From: Marsupella aquatica
Lineage: Eukaryota > Plantae > Marchantiophyta
Direction of reading: 5' to 3'
Assembly (NCBI GenBank): GCA_973895155.1
Contig: OZ316894.1
Location: forward strand, 15,554,699 to 15,618,698
DNA length: 64,000 bases
The notes under the pieces are model-generated. The model saw only the letters and a program-made list of their open reading frames with translations. It was not told where the DNA came from and ran no database searches. The position numbers and the translations under genes are program-made. Below, piece by piece: positions 50,114-62,637 of this stretch; the first letter of the stretch is position 1, and each line of letters begins with the position of its first letter.

Positions 50114-53100
50114 TGTGATGCCTAGACAGGAATCACTCGGCCAGTTAAGTAGGTAAAGCAGGAAGGCACCCTAGGAACACCTTAGTATAGGGACAAAACA
50201 AGGAAAATATAAACCATTAGGGGCAACCATGGAACCCGGGCCGAGGCCGGAGGTAAGGACGCTGAGGGTGAAAACTCGATTAGGGTTAGGGTGCGTCGGC
50301 GGCTAGGAAGGATCAACGGGAAGAAGGACCGGCAGAGGAGAGGGGTAAGGAGCGCTTGCGGGAGATGGTGGCTCATTTGCGAGCACGAACTAGGCAGACG
50401 ACTACGGGAGGCCAACTACTGTCAGCTACTTAGGCAAGCACTCGAGGAGAGAGTAGATACCGACGATCGACCTAAGGAGGGTATGAGCAACGTCAATCAA
50501 GCGGCACATTTCTGGGGATGCCTGTTCGAACGGGCAACTGAGTACATCAAGACTTACGAGGACGAGGAATCAGAAAGGGCAGCTCGAGAACGGCAGGAGC
50601 TCGCTCGATTGTGGGAGCTGCAGAAGACGGCTTTCTTAGGAGGCGAACTCATCAAGGACGAGTTCCTGTGGACTCCTACTTCCAATCAACTCGACGATCT
50701 TCTGTTTTGCAAAGACAGTGTCGTCGGCATCCGAGAGGCCATCAAGAACTGCAACGACATACACTGGGAATTAAAGGGTAGCACGGAAAGGTGGACCCAG
50801 GCAACGGTGCTAGGAGAAACCTCCACGGCAGCAGAGATGAAGAGGAAGGGAGCCGTCAACGATGAAGCCACCCCGGCAAAAAGAACGAGGTCGGCGGCAC
50901 CAAAGAAGTCAGCCGAGCAGCAGAGCAGGAGGCAGGGAGAAGCCGAAGAGGAGGAGGTCGATCCCATCAAGGCCATTCCAACCAGGGATGACACCTGGAA
51001 GGGCTGGGCGGCAACCCTACCGGTGGAGGTGCAACTACATTTTGCACGGGAGGAGGATGCATGCTTCACGGCCATGCAGACCAAGAAGTACCAAGGCTTC
51101 ATGGCCGGATCCGGCTTAGAGGCCTTTGTAAGATTACCATGGCTGAAGCCGGAGGTACCGGAGTCAGACCTATTAGAATTCGTGGGGTCATGGGAACCCG
51201 AGACCAATTGCACGAGGATATATGGGAAGGATTTCTATCTTACTCCCAAGGTAATTGCCGAAGTGTTTGGCTTGCCGATAGGCAATAAGACCAAAGTTGA
51301 TACCAGGAAGACCTTGCTTGACAAGGAGTTCCGGTCGTTCCCCGGGCCATCAACGAAGAATGGCTTCTTCCGGAACACCTGCACCAACCCGCACATAGGA
51401 GAGATGATCGACTTCTTGCGGGTGACCATGCATTGTAACTTGCCGAGGGCAGAGATCGGCAAGGCACAGGTCTATCTGGCAGAAAGGCCAGACCCAAGCC
51501 GGGACTACAACGGGTATCTCCTCAACCAATTGAAGAAGATCTTAAAGGAGGAGCAGCAGGTAATCGGCATGGGGAGCGTGTCGCGGCTTGGCTATCACAT
51601 GCCGCTGTTGTGCCGGTATGCCAGAGGTCAGACTTTTGCCCCGGTACTTCCCCTGCAGGTAAGGGCACCCGAGGAAGCTCCAACGCCGAGGCCGTTGGTT
51701 GAGAAGCCTCAACCACCTGTTAGCCCTACGATCGAGCAGGTGTTTAGGCCCAGGAAGGAGGACTTGCCAATGCAGCAACCAGGCATGCAGAGTCTGCTGA
51801 AACTACTGGAGAAAGAAAAGAAATCGGCATCGGCAACAACAACGGCAACGGCAATAATGCAGGACACTACTACAGAGGTAGGCCTACACCGGCTCACAAG
51901 AGAAAACCCCTTTGCTGGAAACAAGGAGAGAATCAGGCCTGAATCCAAGCCAGGTGTTCGAATGTATGTGGGAATCTCAAGCTCCGAATCTGAGGCAGAA
52001 TTGCCTGAAGCTCCTACCGATGAAGAGGAGAGGGAGAAGCCGGACGGCCAAGAAGTAGAGGAGGCAGTGGAGGACTGCAGCCATGATAATTCCGGCTATG
52101 GGTCGGACCATCACGTCCCAGGAGTAAGGACCTGTGGCCGGTTTGTCCCCACACTTCCAAGGGTAGTGCGAGGGGACCCCAACCAGCAGAGTAGCCCTGA
52201 GTCTCCCCCACCAGATGTTGCTCCCCCGAGCTTCGACGGCATAAAACAGACGGTGCAGGAATTTCAGGAGCGAATCAAGCAGGAAGAGGAGGCAGCCCTG
52301 GCTAGGGAAAAGGATTTACCAGGAGGAGATTGGCCGGAGGACATCAGGCGGCTAGCCAAAAATGGAAGCAAACCTCTAGCCACGATTGAAGAGATCCGCA
52401 GGACGGCTTGGGAGCAGAGGCCGCGATGGGCGATGCCGATCACTTCTACTTACTCCACCTACGCTAAGAATAGAGCCATGGAGTATGGTGAGATGTGTGG
52501 GGAACTTGCGCTCGGCATCTTTGGAGAGGAGTTGGAGGTAGGACCCTTTTTCCATAGGGAGCAGTTGGAGAAGCACCAATTAGAAGAAGCGGTGGCTTTA
52601 GAGAGAAGCAAGAAGGATGAGGTCATTTGGCGGCTTAGGAGGATGGAAGCCGAGATTGAAGATCTAAGGGCGGCCAAGAAAGCCCAAGATGAACTGCGGA
52701 TTAAACGACATGAGCTGAACATCATGCAGGGGTAGTTGGACACCGCGCAGGCTGATAATCAGAATATCAAGGATAAACTGACTCAGACGCAGGGAGAGTT
52801 GGCCGACACGATCAAAGAGAGGGAGAAGTGGAAGCAAGAGCTGAAGAATACAGAGGAGGCCCACATAACAGCCAACAGCCGGGCCATGGCGGAGACCCAA
52901 AGAAAGGAATGGGCGTTGAAGGGGGAGCTCGAGAAAATCCGCGGAGCCCTTGAGCAGAAGGAGGCCGAGTTAGGGAAATCCTATCAAGGGATTATGGCGC
53001 TGCAGCAGGAGCTTGCGTCCCTGACGGCCAGCTTCAAGGCCGACCTAAGGGAGAAGGACGAGATGCTCGAACAGACTTACGCCAAGATGAACCAGATGGA

Positions 53101-54747
53101 GTCTGTCATCATTGCAGAGCTCGACAAGGAGCTAAGAGCAACCCAGGAGGAGAGGACTACCTTGAAACAAGAACGGGAGGAAGCCTAGAAGGAACTAGAG
53201 GAGGCACGCAAGGACCTGGATGAGACCCAGGAGGAGTTGGAGGAAATCACGAGGAAGATGGAGAACCTCCAGCGGCGGGCCGACAACCAAACGGAGCGGC
53301 TGAAGAAACAAGCCGCAGTATTTAAGTGCTTGTCTTCATTAGGCCCAACTCCAATTGGGGCAACCAAGTTACCAGGAGTGGTACTGGCCAAAGAAAAAGC
53401 CGCGCCACCTGCACCAGTGCCGGAAGTAAGTGGGAAGGGGAAGGGACCAGCTGCCGAACCAGAAAAGAAGAAAAAGCGGAAACCTTTAGGGTCAAGGAGT
53501 AATCCGACTCCACAAGCCGTGGTGACCAAGGAGGTAGAACCAGCACCATCCTCCGGCATGAATACGGCAATAGATCCCGCTATCATCACAGGTGGGGGTG
53601 GTGCGGCCCAAGCCGAACTACTCAGTAATGAGGCCGGTATCCCAGATCCGCCTCTTGAGCAGGCCGGGGAGACCGTAGCCGAGGCTGAGGCCGTAACCGG
53701 TTCCCGAGCCGATGCCGACGCCGATGGTGGACCCAGTCAGGCCGATGGAGAGTTGACTCAGTCAAGGGCAGGTAATCTGTCAGAGAATGAGCCTACGGCA
53801 ATGGCTGAGGAGGAAGCGTTGGGGGCGTCCATTAAGGATCCACCATCGGTGTCGTGACGGTGCAAGGGCGCCGTTCCTTTTAGGGAGGGCGGACGTGGAG
53901 GGAGGAGGCGTGAGTGGGCAGGGCGGGCGCTGATCTCCAAGTTTAGGATTAGGATCAGGACCAGGAGCGGCCCTGACACTTAGCTTAGTGGGATTGCGGT
54001 CCCACTGGTAGGAGCAACACTTGTGCTCCTGCCTTGCTGTACATAGGTAGATTCGGGCAAGTAGATTACTGTTAAGTAGATTAGGCTTACGATGCAAAGA
54101 ATGGCGGATCCACTACCAGGATAAGTACCTGGGCAGCGGGGAGCTCAGGGCCTCTTCTTTAGCAAGTTTTTAGTTTGCACCAGCCGGGCTGGGATCAAGT
54201 AGTACGAGAAGCTCTCGGTTAGTCATACAGTGACCCTTGTGTATATTCATGTTTCCTCATGCCTAAGAGCTGAATAGAGTTGGCCTCACGGCTTAGTTCG
54301 CAGAACTTGTGTATGAGATGTACTGTTTGTATGGCAAGTGCATGGTATGACTCAGTCAGAATGAGTCATTTTGCTATTTGTGTGTCGCATTAACTTGTGT
54401 GAAGAGTGCCCACATCAACCAGAAGGAAGGAAAGTAAGCAGGGGAGTGAGAGTTGGATGTGTCGAGCTGAGAGAGGTCTTAGCGGCTTAACCAAGCCTAT
54501 TGGGGATCATTTCGGCGGCGGAATCCAAACATACCTAACAAGACGGAGGGGAAGACAGGGGAAGGCCTAGATTAGGCCGGCTACGTATCTCATGACCCGA
54601 TGAAGGATCTGTCCAGTATATGTGTGTAAAATGTTAATAGTAGTAGTAGAAGATTAGCAGCGTCCCATGCCGCTAAGCCACGGAAACGGCCTCGCCAAGC
54701 GCGAAACCTGCGGGAATCGGCTTGAGCTGGGGGGTTTCTTGGGTTTA
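50114..54747 (+). mobile_element. giant LTR, copy 2 (independent insertion in CACTA-B TnpD), interrupted ~21 bp before its end by gypsy G3
   Basis: Starts TGTGATGCCTAG as copy 1 does. Colinear with copy 1 up to GGGTTTCTTGGGTT(T/C)A. No PPT upstream. Confidence 0.88.
50483..53857 (+). pseudogene. LTR-internal ORF, copy 2 (1,125 codons from ATG, two internal TAG)
   Basis: ORFs 50291, 52736 and 53237 share one frame. Homologous to 19206-22664. Confidence 0.85.
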
Positions 54748-56138
54748 TGTCGTATAGTGCTAAGTATCAAAAGTGACTCTTCTCACCTAAAACCAGGGTT
54801 TCGATCCCTTTAAGAACAGATTTCAGAATGAATTGTATAACTTTTATCACTCCGAGTGATTTAGAGTCTTGAGCTCTATGTTGACTTCACTTCTCAATAA
54901 AAAAAATTGAATAAACAAACAACAAAGTAACTGAACTTCTGATTTATGAATTAGAGAAGAAATGAGTAAGGATTTAGAGACTACAAGCTGCTACTGCCAC
55001 TCCTTCAGAAAGGATTTGGGCTCAGTATAGACATGAAATCTATCTCATAATTCATCCATCTCACTCTTCAAAACACAAAGGTTAATGATAATGGAATTCT
55101 CAATCTGATGAAGCAGAAGCTTTCTGATTGCAAATGAATGATATGATTTAAAATGCCGTCAACATGGTTTGACATCAGCGATACACAATTCAGTCAAACT
55201 CTAAACCATATTCCAGAATCAAAGCAACAGTACTAACTACTCTGAGAATCAGAATTTACTTCTCATTTATCATTAACTATTCTTGAATTGGCTAGCGAAT
55301 CCCGACTCTGCAAGCAAGCCTAGCAGTGAATTCAATACGAGTTTCAGAAATCTGCAACTGAATTCAATCACCACAAGAATCTCTTGAATTCAATCTTAAC
55401 TTCAATCAATATAGCTTTACTTCCATACAAAACACTCACAGCATGCCTTGTTACAATGGAAGGAGGAGAAAACTATTCAGAAGACTCAATTCTGAATACA
55501 GTATTAACTCTATTTCTCTCTACTTCAAATGAGCATTCTACTCTGTCTTATAAGTGCTGGAATCCTAAAATGGAGGAGGTAAGAACAGTCGTGCCTTTCC
55601 AAGCTTAAAACTAAACAAGGGAGAAGCACAGCATAAGTACTTCAACAAGGGTGGTAGAATACTACTTTACTAGTAATCTACTTCAAAAACTAAGTGTTGA
55701 GCGGACGCTGCTAGAAGCGTCGGGAGAATCTGGACGCTGCTAGAAGCGTCTTAAGTAAAACCAACGGACGCTGCTCACACTGCTCACAGCGTCAATACTA
55801 GGGTGGACGCTGCTCACAGCGTCGTGTGTTGAAGCTGACGCTTTCCACAGCGTCGGTCGAAATCCTCATAGAGTCTTGGTGGCGGTCGGGCGCTGCCAAA
55901 AGCGTCATGAGGAGGTTGGACGCTTCCGCAGCGTCTTGAGTAAAAGAAACGGGCGCTGGTCACAGCGTCGGGCAAAGTACACTAGGAATCGTCAGGAAAG
56001 CCGGAGATGTCAAATATTTCTATAAGTGTCCAGAACAAGTAAATGTTGGCCGGAAGGTGTCTAAAGTGTAAGTAAATCTTGTGATATGCTAAAAATAAAC
56101 AAGTTTCCAGAAAAAATTGCAGGGACACCCATACCACA
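54748..56138 (-). repeat. 3' LTR of G3 (1,391 bp)
   Basis: TGTCGTAT...ATACCACA inverted ends, adjacent PPT, and an abrupt break in the alignment of the two giant LTRs at 54748. Confidence 0.85.
55704..55969. repeat. cluster of 8 palindromes GACGCT-N5/6-AGCGTC in the G3 LTR
   Basis: For example GACGCTGCTAGAAGCGTC (twice), GACGCTGCTCACAGCGTC, GACGCTTTCCACAGCGTC. Confidence 0.88.
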
Positions 56139-56215
56139 TAGCCCTCCACTTAAATTTCGCCGTGTCCCCACAAGACATGACCGAATTGAATCAGAAGCGA
56201 GTGACATGTTCTTCA

Positions 56216-59200
56216 TTAATAATATTCTGGCTTAATAATCCAAGTAGTGCTCAAAATCATTGACGGGAGTTGGGAGATATCCGAATCCAGAATATAAAAA
56301 TCGAGGTCATGGAATTCTTCTCCGATCTGTATTGGGACTCCTTTAACTCTTCCCCAAAGATTAATGATTCGTCCATCGATTGATATCTGAGCAGATATCG
56401 GTTGTACTTCTTGATGAACAAATTGCTGGCACAGTCTGTGGGAGAGGAAATTAATTCGAGAGCCTGGATCAATAACAAAGTGTTGAATAGCATGTCCTCC
56501 CAGTTTGATCTTGCCTTCAAAGGAATGTTGGAAAGCACGGGGTAAAGAATTCCAACAATCCATAGTAGCTTTGATGTCCCACATGAGCAGATAAATATCA
56601 ATTCGAAGGAGAAAGAAGGAAACAATTGCAAGATGCTGCAAAAGTAACGGCTTATATACATATAAATGACAACACCGTTTGATATCTCTCATAAATGGTG
56701 TCCTTCAAATCTGTGTCCTAGATAAAACACCTTGAATAATCACATCCGGATAAGAAGGAATAATAGGTAGGAACGCTAAACACCTAAGCGACTTGAACCC
56801 TTGGGAAGCCGGTAGCATACATTGTTTTGTAATCAACTGCTCCCTTAGCTTAACAAGCTTCTTCTCATATTTAATTGGAATAGCAAACCCACCAGGACAA
56901 ACCCAAACATAGTATGGATAGGGCCATGGAATTTCCGGCACAAGGGGCGGAAATGGAGCTTGAGCTCGTCGAAGCATATACACTCAACACCAAATTTCGA
57001 ACTCCGAAAACTTATGTCGTCTGTCCTTATCAATGGGAGGAACCGCCTTCCCAGGTTCATATGTGCGAATCAAACTACGAATCCTCGGATGGGATGTCAT
57101 TGGCAAAATCTGCTGCTGCTGCAAAATGCTCTCCATCTCCAGATGTCGAAAAGCTACTCGAAAATGTTTCTTCTCCCACCTGTGAATTGAAGCCAAATTA
57201 GGGATAGGATTTCGGGGTGGCAAATCCACTGTATGCCGAAGTCGAGGAGGTACTCTGATAATGCGAGGGTCTTCGTCTTCTTCTCCATCACTTGGTGCTC
57301 CTATCCAACGGAAAATTACATCTGGCATAGCGGAAGGAATCACTGACTCCTTAACTGGTCGAATTGGCAATGTAACAGGAGACGAAGGAGCAGAAGGTTC
57401 GGGCTCCAGTGGTTCAAATTCTTCTCTTGCAACAGTAGCTGGTTGATCTGCAGTGGGATGCATTGGTACTAAAATAGGAAGTTCTTCTTTAAAATTATCG
57501 CTAGGTAAAGAGACTTCCTGGTTAGTTCGATCTGCCAAAAGTACAGGAAGGGGTAGCTCGTCTGTTCCGATAGGTGCTTCTCCCTGTTCAAAATCCTGGG
57601 AAGATGCTTCAGGAAAGATCTGTCGACTGATAGCATGGCGCAACCGTTTCCAAGATTTTCGAGTATACGTCACTGAAAACTCCTCCCGAATGTTTTTATC
57701 CTCGTTTGTAGCCAATGAAACTGGTGCTGAGCTGGTTGTCGAAGCGGGTGTCTCGGGTACCAATATGGGTACAGATATACCCATATTACCAGATACCTGA
57801 TTGCGACTCGGAAAACCAGCAGAGCCTCCTTCAATCAACTCATCTTCAGGAGAAACCCATTTTACAGGCGGAAATGAAGGAGCTCCTATCGCGGCTATTG
57901 CCTCATCTAATTCCTTAGTTATATCCAAAGGAATCGATATGAGTGAACCAGGTGTAGACCAGGCAGGGTATCTTGCGACAGATTGGGGAGAAGTCACTGG
58001 TTCACCTACTTCGTCTATATCCACAATTGCATCCTCCGAATCAACTTTAACCAGCTTCACAATTTCTGAGCTTAATATTTCTGACTCCTGGACCAGAGGG
58101 ATTTCACCTATATTTGGGCTAGAACTAAGAGAGTCGGACGAATCATACTCCTGTAAAGCCTGCAAAGCATCACTATTTGCCTCTATGGGAACCAAAACAG
58201 GGGTAGAAGTAAATCCATCATACTCGTCCTCAGCAGTAGAATGTTGAAGAGGTTCCCCTGAAAAACCTTCTTCATCCACCCTCACCTCATCTTCAACATT
58301 CATCCGAGAAGCAGAATTATCCTGATCAACATCATAAATAGGCTCGGCAGCACAAGGTGAACACGAGAGTCGAGGTGACATAGAATGCTCCAACCCTGTT
58401 GGCATTGCTGAAGGAACATCTTCGGCAACTTGAGCCTCTCTTGGTTGGTGAAGAATCGGATCGTCACTCCCTTCAGCTGATGCTCTTGTCTCTTTCAATT
58501 TCCGAACTTCACCCACCAGTTCAGGTTCCTCACAGTCGAGTGTTGCACATAGCTCTACCACTGTGGAATTGGCTCGGACTTCTCGTACTTCAGGCATATA
58601 ATTTGCTTCACCGGTAGATGCTCTCTGATTGTTGCGATAAAAATCTTTTTCCAAGACAAGCAGACAGTCATACTTATGGTAAATGTGAGCTAAATAAGGG
58701 GCCAAGTAGGTACACCTTATTTTCCCCGTTTTCAGCCTGCTACGAAAATTTTTGACCTGAGTATGAATTACTCGGTGCAAAACCTTCGTCCAATTGATAG
58801 ACTGCGTCTGTTCTAATGAACAGATCACCGTTGCAGCGAACGAAAGAGTGATGCGCGTCTGGCTTTCTGGGTAGAAAATTGGTGCCAGAAATTGAAATAG
58901 ACGCTGCAGAGAATTATCTAAGCAGTCCGCCGCTAGCCATCCATTCCGCCTCTTGAAAGATCCTGGAGCGAAGAAGGATTCTACATAAACCCGAGGCTCA
59001 CAATCAACCCTCTGTAAATCCTCGCCCTCCATCGGCGTCGAATAGACCTTCGCTATGAGCGCTTCAGTCCAAACACTGGGACGCGAGCGCACACCAATCC
59101 TTTCTTCAGCGTCCCAGACACCTTGATCGATAAGGCTGAATTCGCAAATCTTCCAAGGAAGTTGAAGCAGCTTCTTCAAGCCCATTTTTGCCAGAGCCGT

Positions 59201-59278
59201 CTTCAACTGCCGCCTATGCACTGCATTCGATGGAATGTCTGCGAGTATTGGTCGCGTCGTCAGCTCAGTCTCCGCCAT
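56216..59278 (-). CDS. extra ORF of G3 downstream of pol (764 aa open; frame continues through two TGA to 56216): PMD-like N-terminus, acidic/Pro-rich middle, retropepsin-like C-terminus
   Basis: GLKKLLQLPW...WTEALIAKVY...NGW...DC...FLAPIFYP...INWTKVL...YLAPYLAHIY. ORFs 56984..59278, 56705..56983 and 56216..56692 are in the same frame. FVIDPGSRINFLS...MILSTTWI at the C-terminus. Confidence 0.7.
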
Positions 59279-59339
59279 CGCGTGACTTGTTAGCTCCGTA
59301 AGCTCAGTGAGAATCGTGTTCCATAGTGAACTAGGGCGA

Positions 59340-59531
59340 AGCGCGACTGCTTACTCCTCAGCGTCCCGTTGAGCTGTCGCAATCCGCCATTGTACAAGAC
59401 GCCTAGTCATCGGCTCACAGCGTCTCATGCAACTGAACTAATACAAAAGCGGACCTCTGCACAACGTCCTTTGTAAACTAAGTGGACGCTTCCCCAGCGT
59501 CGAGTTACAATGGACGCTTTTCACAGCGTCC
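59340..59531. repeat. second cluster of GACGCT..AGCGTC palindromes between pol and the extra ORF
   Basis: GACGCTTCCCCAGCGTC, GACGCTTTTCACAGCGTC and 2-3 degenerate copies. Confidence 0.75.
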
Positions 59532-59665
59532 AATGTAAAAACTGAAAGTAACTAAAAAAAATAAAAAATAAAAATATGCCGAATACTTACTAGGGAGGGT
59601 CACTAATTCTAACTAAGTATAACTACCGCCCTCCACTTAAATTGCAACCTGTCCCAGGTGGAATT

Positions 59666-62637
59666 CTAAATGGAAGACTCATAGTACCGTTTAATCCTAA
59701 ACCCATTGATTCTAGTGTTAAGTGGGTGACCATCTAAGGTAGTCAATGAAACTGAACCATTATCCCAGATGTGTGTAACTCGGTAAGGACCAATCCAATG
59801 AGTATGAAGTTTCCCAGGAAATAGCATATAACGAGAATCAAAGACTAATGCTAAATCACCAACATCTAACTGCACTACGCGCAGCTTCTTATCATAAGCA
59901 AGTTTACGCTGGTTCTGAATGGTGACTGTATGGTCTAATGCTAAAAGTCTAACTTCTTCTAATTTAACAATATTGGAAAACCGATGTGAGAGACTATCTG
60001 AAGGAGAGAGTCGGTGTGGTACCAAGATACGTTCCGTTGGTAACGAAAATTCTATTGGAATAATACTATTCAGGCCATAGGTCAGATAGAAGGGGGTGTG
60101 AAGAGTTGTAATCTTCTCAGCGGTGCGGTAAGCCCATAATGCAGAATGGAGCTTCACATCCCAATCTGTCTTGTGAGATTCTACCATTTTATTCAGAATC
60201 TTGCCCATAATGCCATTAGCTCTCTCGGTTAAGCCATTAGCTCGGGGGTTGTAAGGAGTAGTTTTGCGATGCTTGATAAGATAAAGGTCAGTGATTAACT
60301 CAATAGTTGAGTTAAGAAAATGCAAACCCCTATCGCTTACCAACTCCAAAGGACAACCAAACCGGGTGATAATGTGCTCAAAGAGAAATGCAGCTGCGGT
60401 TATAGCATCATTCTTGCGAGTAGCTTTCGCCTCTACCCATTTGGTGGCATAATCAGTGGCCAGAATAATATATTTGCTTCGGCTTTTCCGAGCTGCTGGA
60501 GAAATTGGGCCAATAAAATCAATCCCCCATTTCTCAAATGGTGCCAACGGAAGGATAGGCGTAAGAGGCCATTTGGAACTAGCAGTGGGCTTCCCGATCC
60601 TTTGACAGGGATCACAGGTCTTAATAAAATTGTAAGTATCTCGATGCATAGTAGGCCACCAGTATCCAGCATCCAAAATTTTCTTAACTGTGGTATTCAC
60701 AGCATAATGCCCACCGGTTTCTCCTGAATGTAAAGCTTCAATTACTTGGGGAAGTTCCCTATCCTCTAGACAACGTCGTAATTGTTGATCAGGACCTTGT
60801 TTAAACAAAGTGCCCCGAATAATGGTATAGGGACCCACCTTATGAGCAAAGACAGCTCGTTCTTCCGCATTAAAGCCTTCAGGGAACGTTCCATGAAGCA
60901 GCATGTGCACAATATTAAAATATCGAGAAGACTCCCCTTCAATGTGCCACAAATGCTCGTCAGGAAATTCATCGGAGAGATTATGCTGATTCTCCGGACC
61001 AGGTAACCGAGATAGGAAGTCTGCATTCTCATGATGTTTGCCAGGTCGGACATGAACTTCATAATCAAATTCTTGGAGTAGTAAAACCCAGCGGGCTACT
61101 CGTCCTGAGAGATCCACTTGGTTAACCAAATATTTTAAGGAATTATGATCAGTGTGAAAAGTAACCTGATACCCCAACAAATAGTGACGAAATTTCTTAC
61201 ACGCAAAGACGATGGCCAAAGCTTCCCGTTCAGTGACGGAGTAGTTTTTCTCAGCTGCACTCATTTGGCGGCTGGCATAGTAAATTGGATGGTCACGGTT
61301 TTCCACATCCTTCTGACTGAGATTAGCTCCAATGCAGAACGCAGAAGAGTCAATGAAGACATGAAACTTCTTAGTCCAATCTGGGGGTGACAAAATAGGT
61401 GCAGAGATTAACCGATCCTTGAGCAACTGGAATGCTTGCTGCCGCTCCTCATTCCATGTATATTCCACATCACTTTTTAACAGTTGGGTTAAGGGTAAGG
61501 CAATATTAGCATGTTTATAAATGAACCGACGATAATACCCCACATGTCCCAGAAAAGCACGAAGCTGCTTTAAATCGGTCGGTGGTTGCAACTCCATAAT
61601 TACTCTAACCTTCTCTGTATCAACCTCAATGCCGCGTTGTGAAATAACATGGCCTAACAAAATTCCCTCCTTCATACCAATAAAGCACTTTTCTGGATGA
61701 AGACACAACTGAGCCTCTCTACACTTCTGAAATGTCTTCTCCAAATGGACGAGGTGTTCAGCCGCTGACCCGTAAACACAAAAGTCGTCAATAAAAATCT
61801 CCATGAAATGCCGCAAATATCTTGAAAAATAATCATCATAATGCGCTGAAAAGTACCCGGGGCATTACACAGCCCAAAAGGCATCATGGTAAATGCATAT
61901 GTACCCCAGTCGGTGGTGAACGTAGTCTTGTCGCGATCCTCCTTCCGAATGGACACCTGGTTATAACCAGAGTACCCATCTAAAAAACTGTATAACTCAT
62001 GCAAGGCCACTGAATCAAGTACCAGATCAATAAATGGCAAAGGATAATGATCTTTCCGAGTGGCAGCATTCAACTTCCGGAAGTCTTGACAAACGCGAAT
62101 TTTCGTTTTACCATCGGGTCCCGGCTTTTTGGGGACAATGACAATTGGTGAGACCCATTCACTACTCAAGACCGGGTAGATAAATCCAGCAGTCGTGAGC
62201 TTGTCCAACTCGTCTTTAACCAGGATGGAATATTTGGGATTCAAACGGTACTGTCTCTGTCGGACAGGTACTGCTCCTTCCATAAGGTCAATACGATGTT
62301 CGCCCAAATGTGGATGGATACCTTTTAAATCAGAATGACTCCAGGCAAAGACATCTTTATACTGGGTTAATAAACTGATATACTGTTCCCGTAGCTCTCC
62401 TTCGATATGCTTACCAATATTCAAAAACTTGCCTGGCTCAATTTCGATTTTCTGACAAGCTTTTGGATCCACAATTCCATCCGTGAGGTTTGCCGGCTGA
62501 AGTCCAAGTTTGGATACTTCTGGTGCAAATGGCTCAAGGGTAGCTGACACTCCCATATCATGGTGTAAATCCCTATTAGCCTCAGTATTAGGAGGTTCGT
62601 CTGCTGCTGGGCCCACTTCCGATGATGAAGTTAATTG
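59666..62637 (-). CDS. pol: G3 pol: RT-RNaseH-integrase (1-nt frameshift near 61816)
   Basis: RVCQDFRKLN, FLDGYSGYNQ, MPFGLCNAPGTFQR, FIDDF, TDHNSLKYL, WGIDFIGP, VSDRGLHF, NGLTERAN, WIGPYRV. Confidence 0.95.

Noticed and set aside
18831-54747. The two giant LTRs as the 5' and 3' LTRs of one element
   Set aside because: Copy 2 has no upstream PPT, interrupts a CACTA TnpD exon, and differs from copy 1 by many substitutions and indels; no pol lies between them.
61805-61825. Programmed frameshift within G3 RT
   Set aside because: It falls inside the RT core just before FIDD with no slippery heptamer; a 1-nt deletion or sequencing error is simpler.
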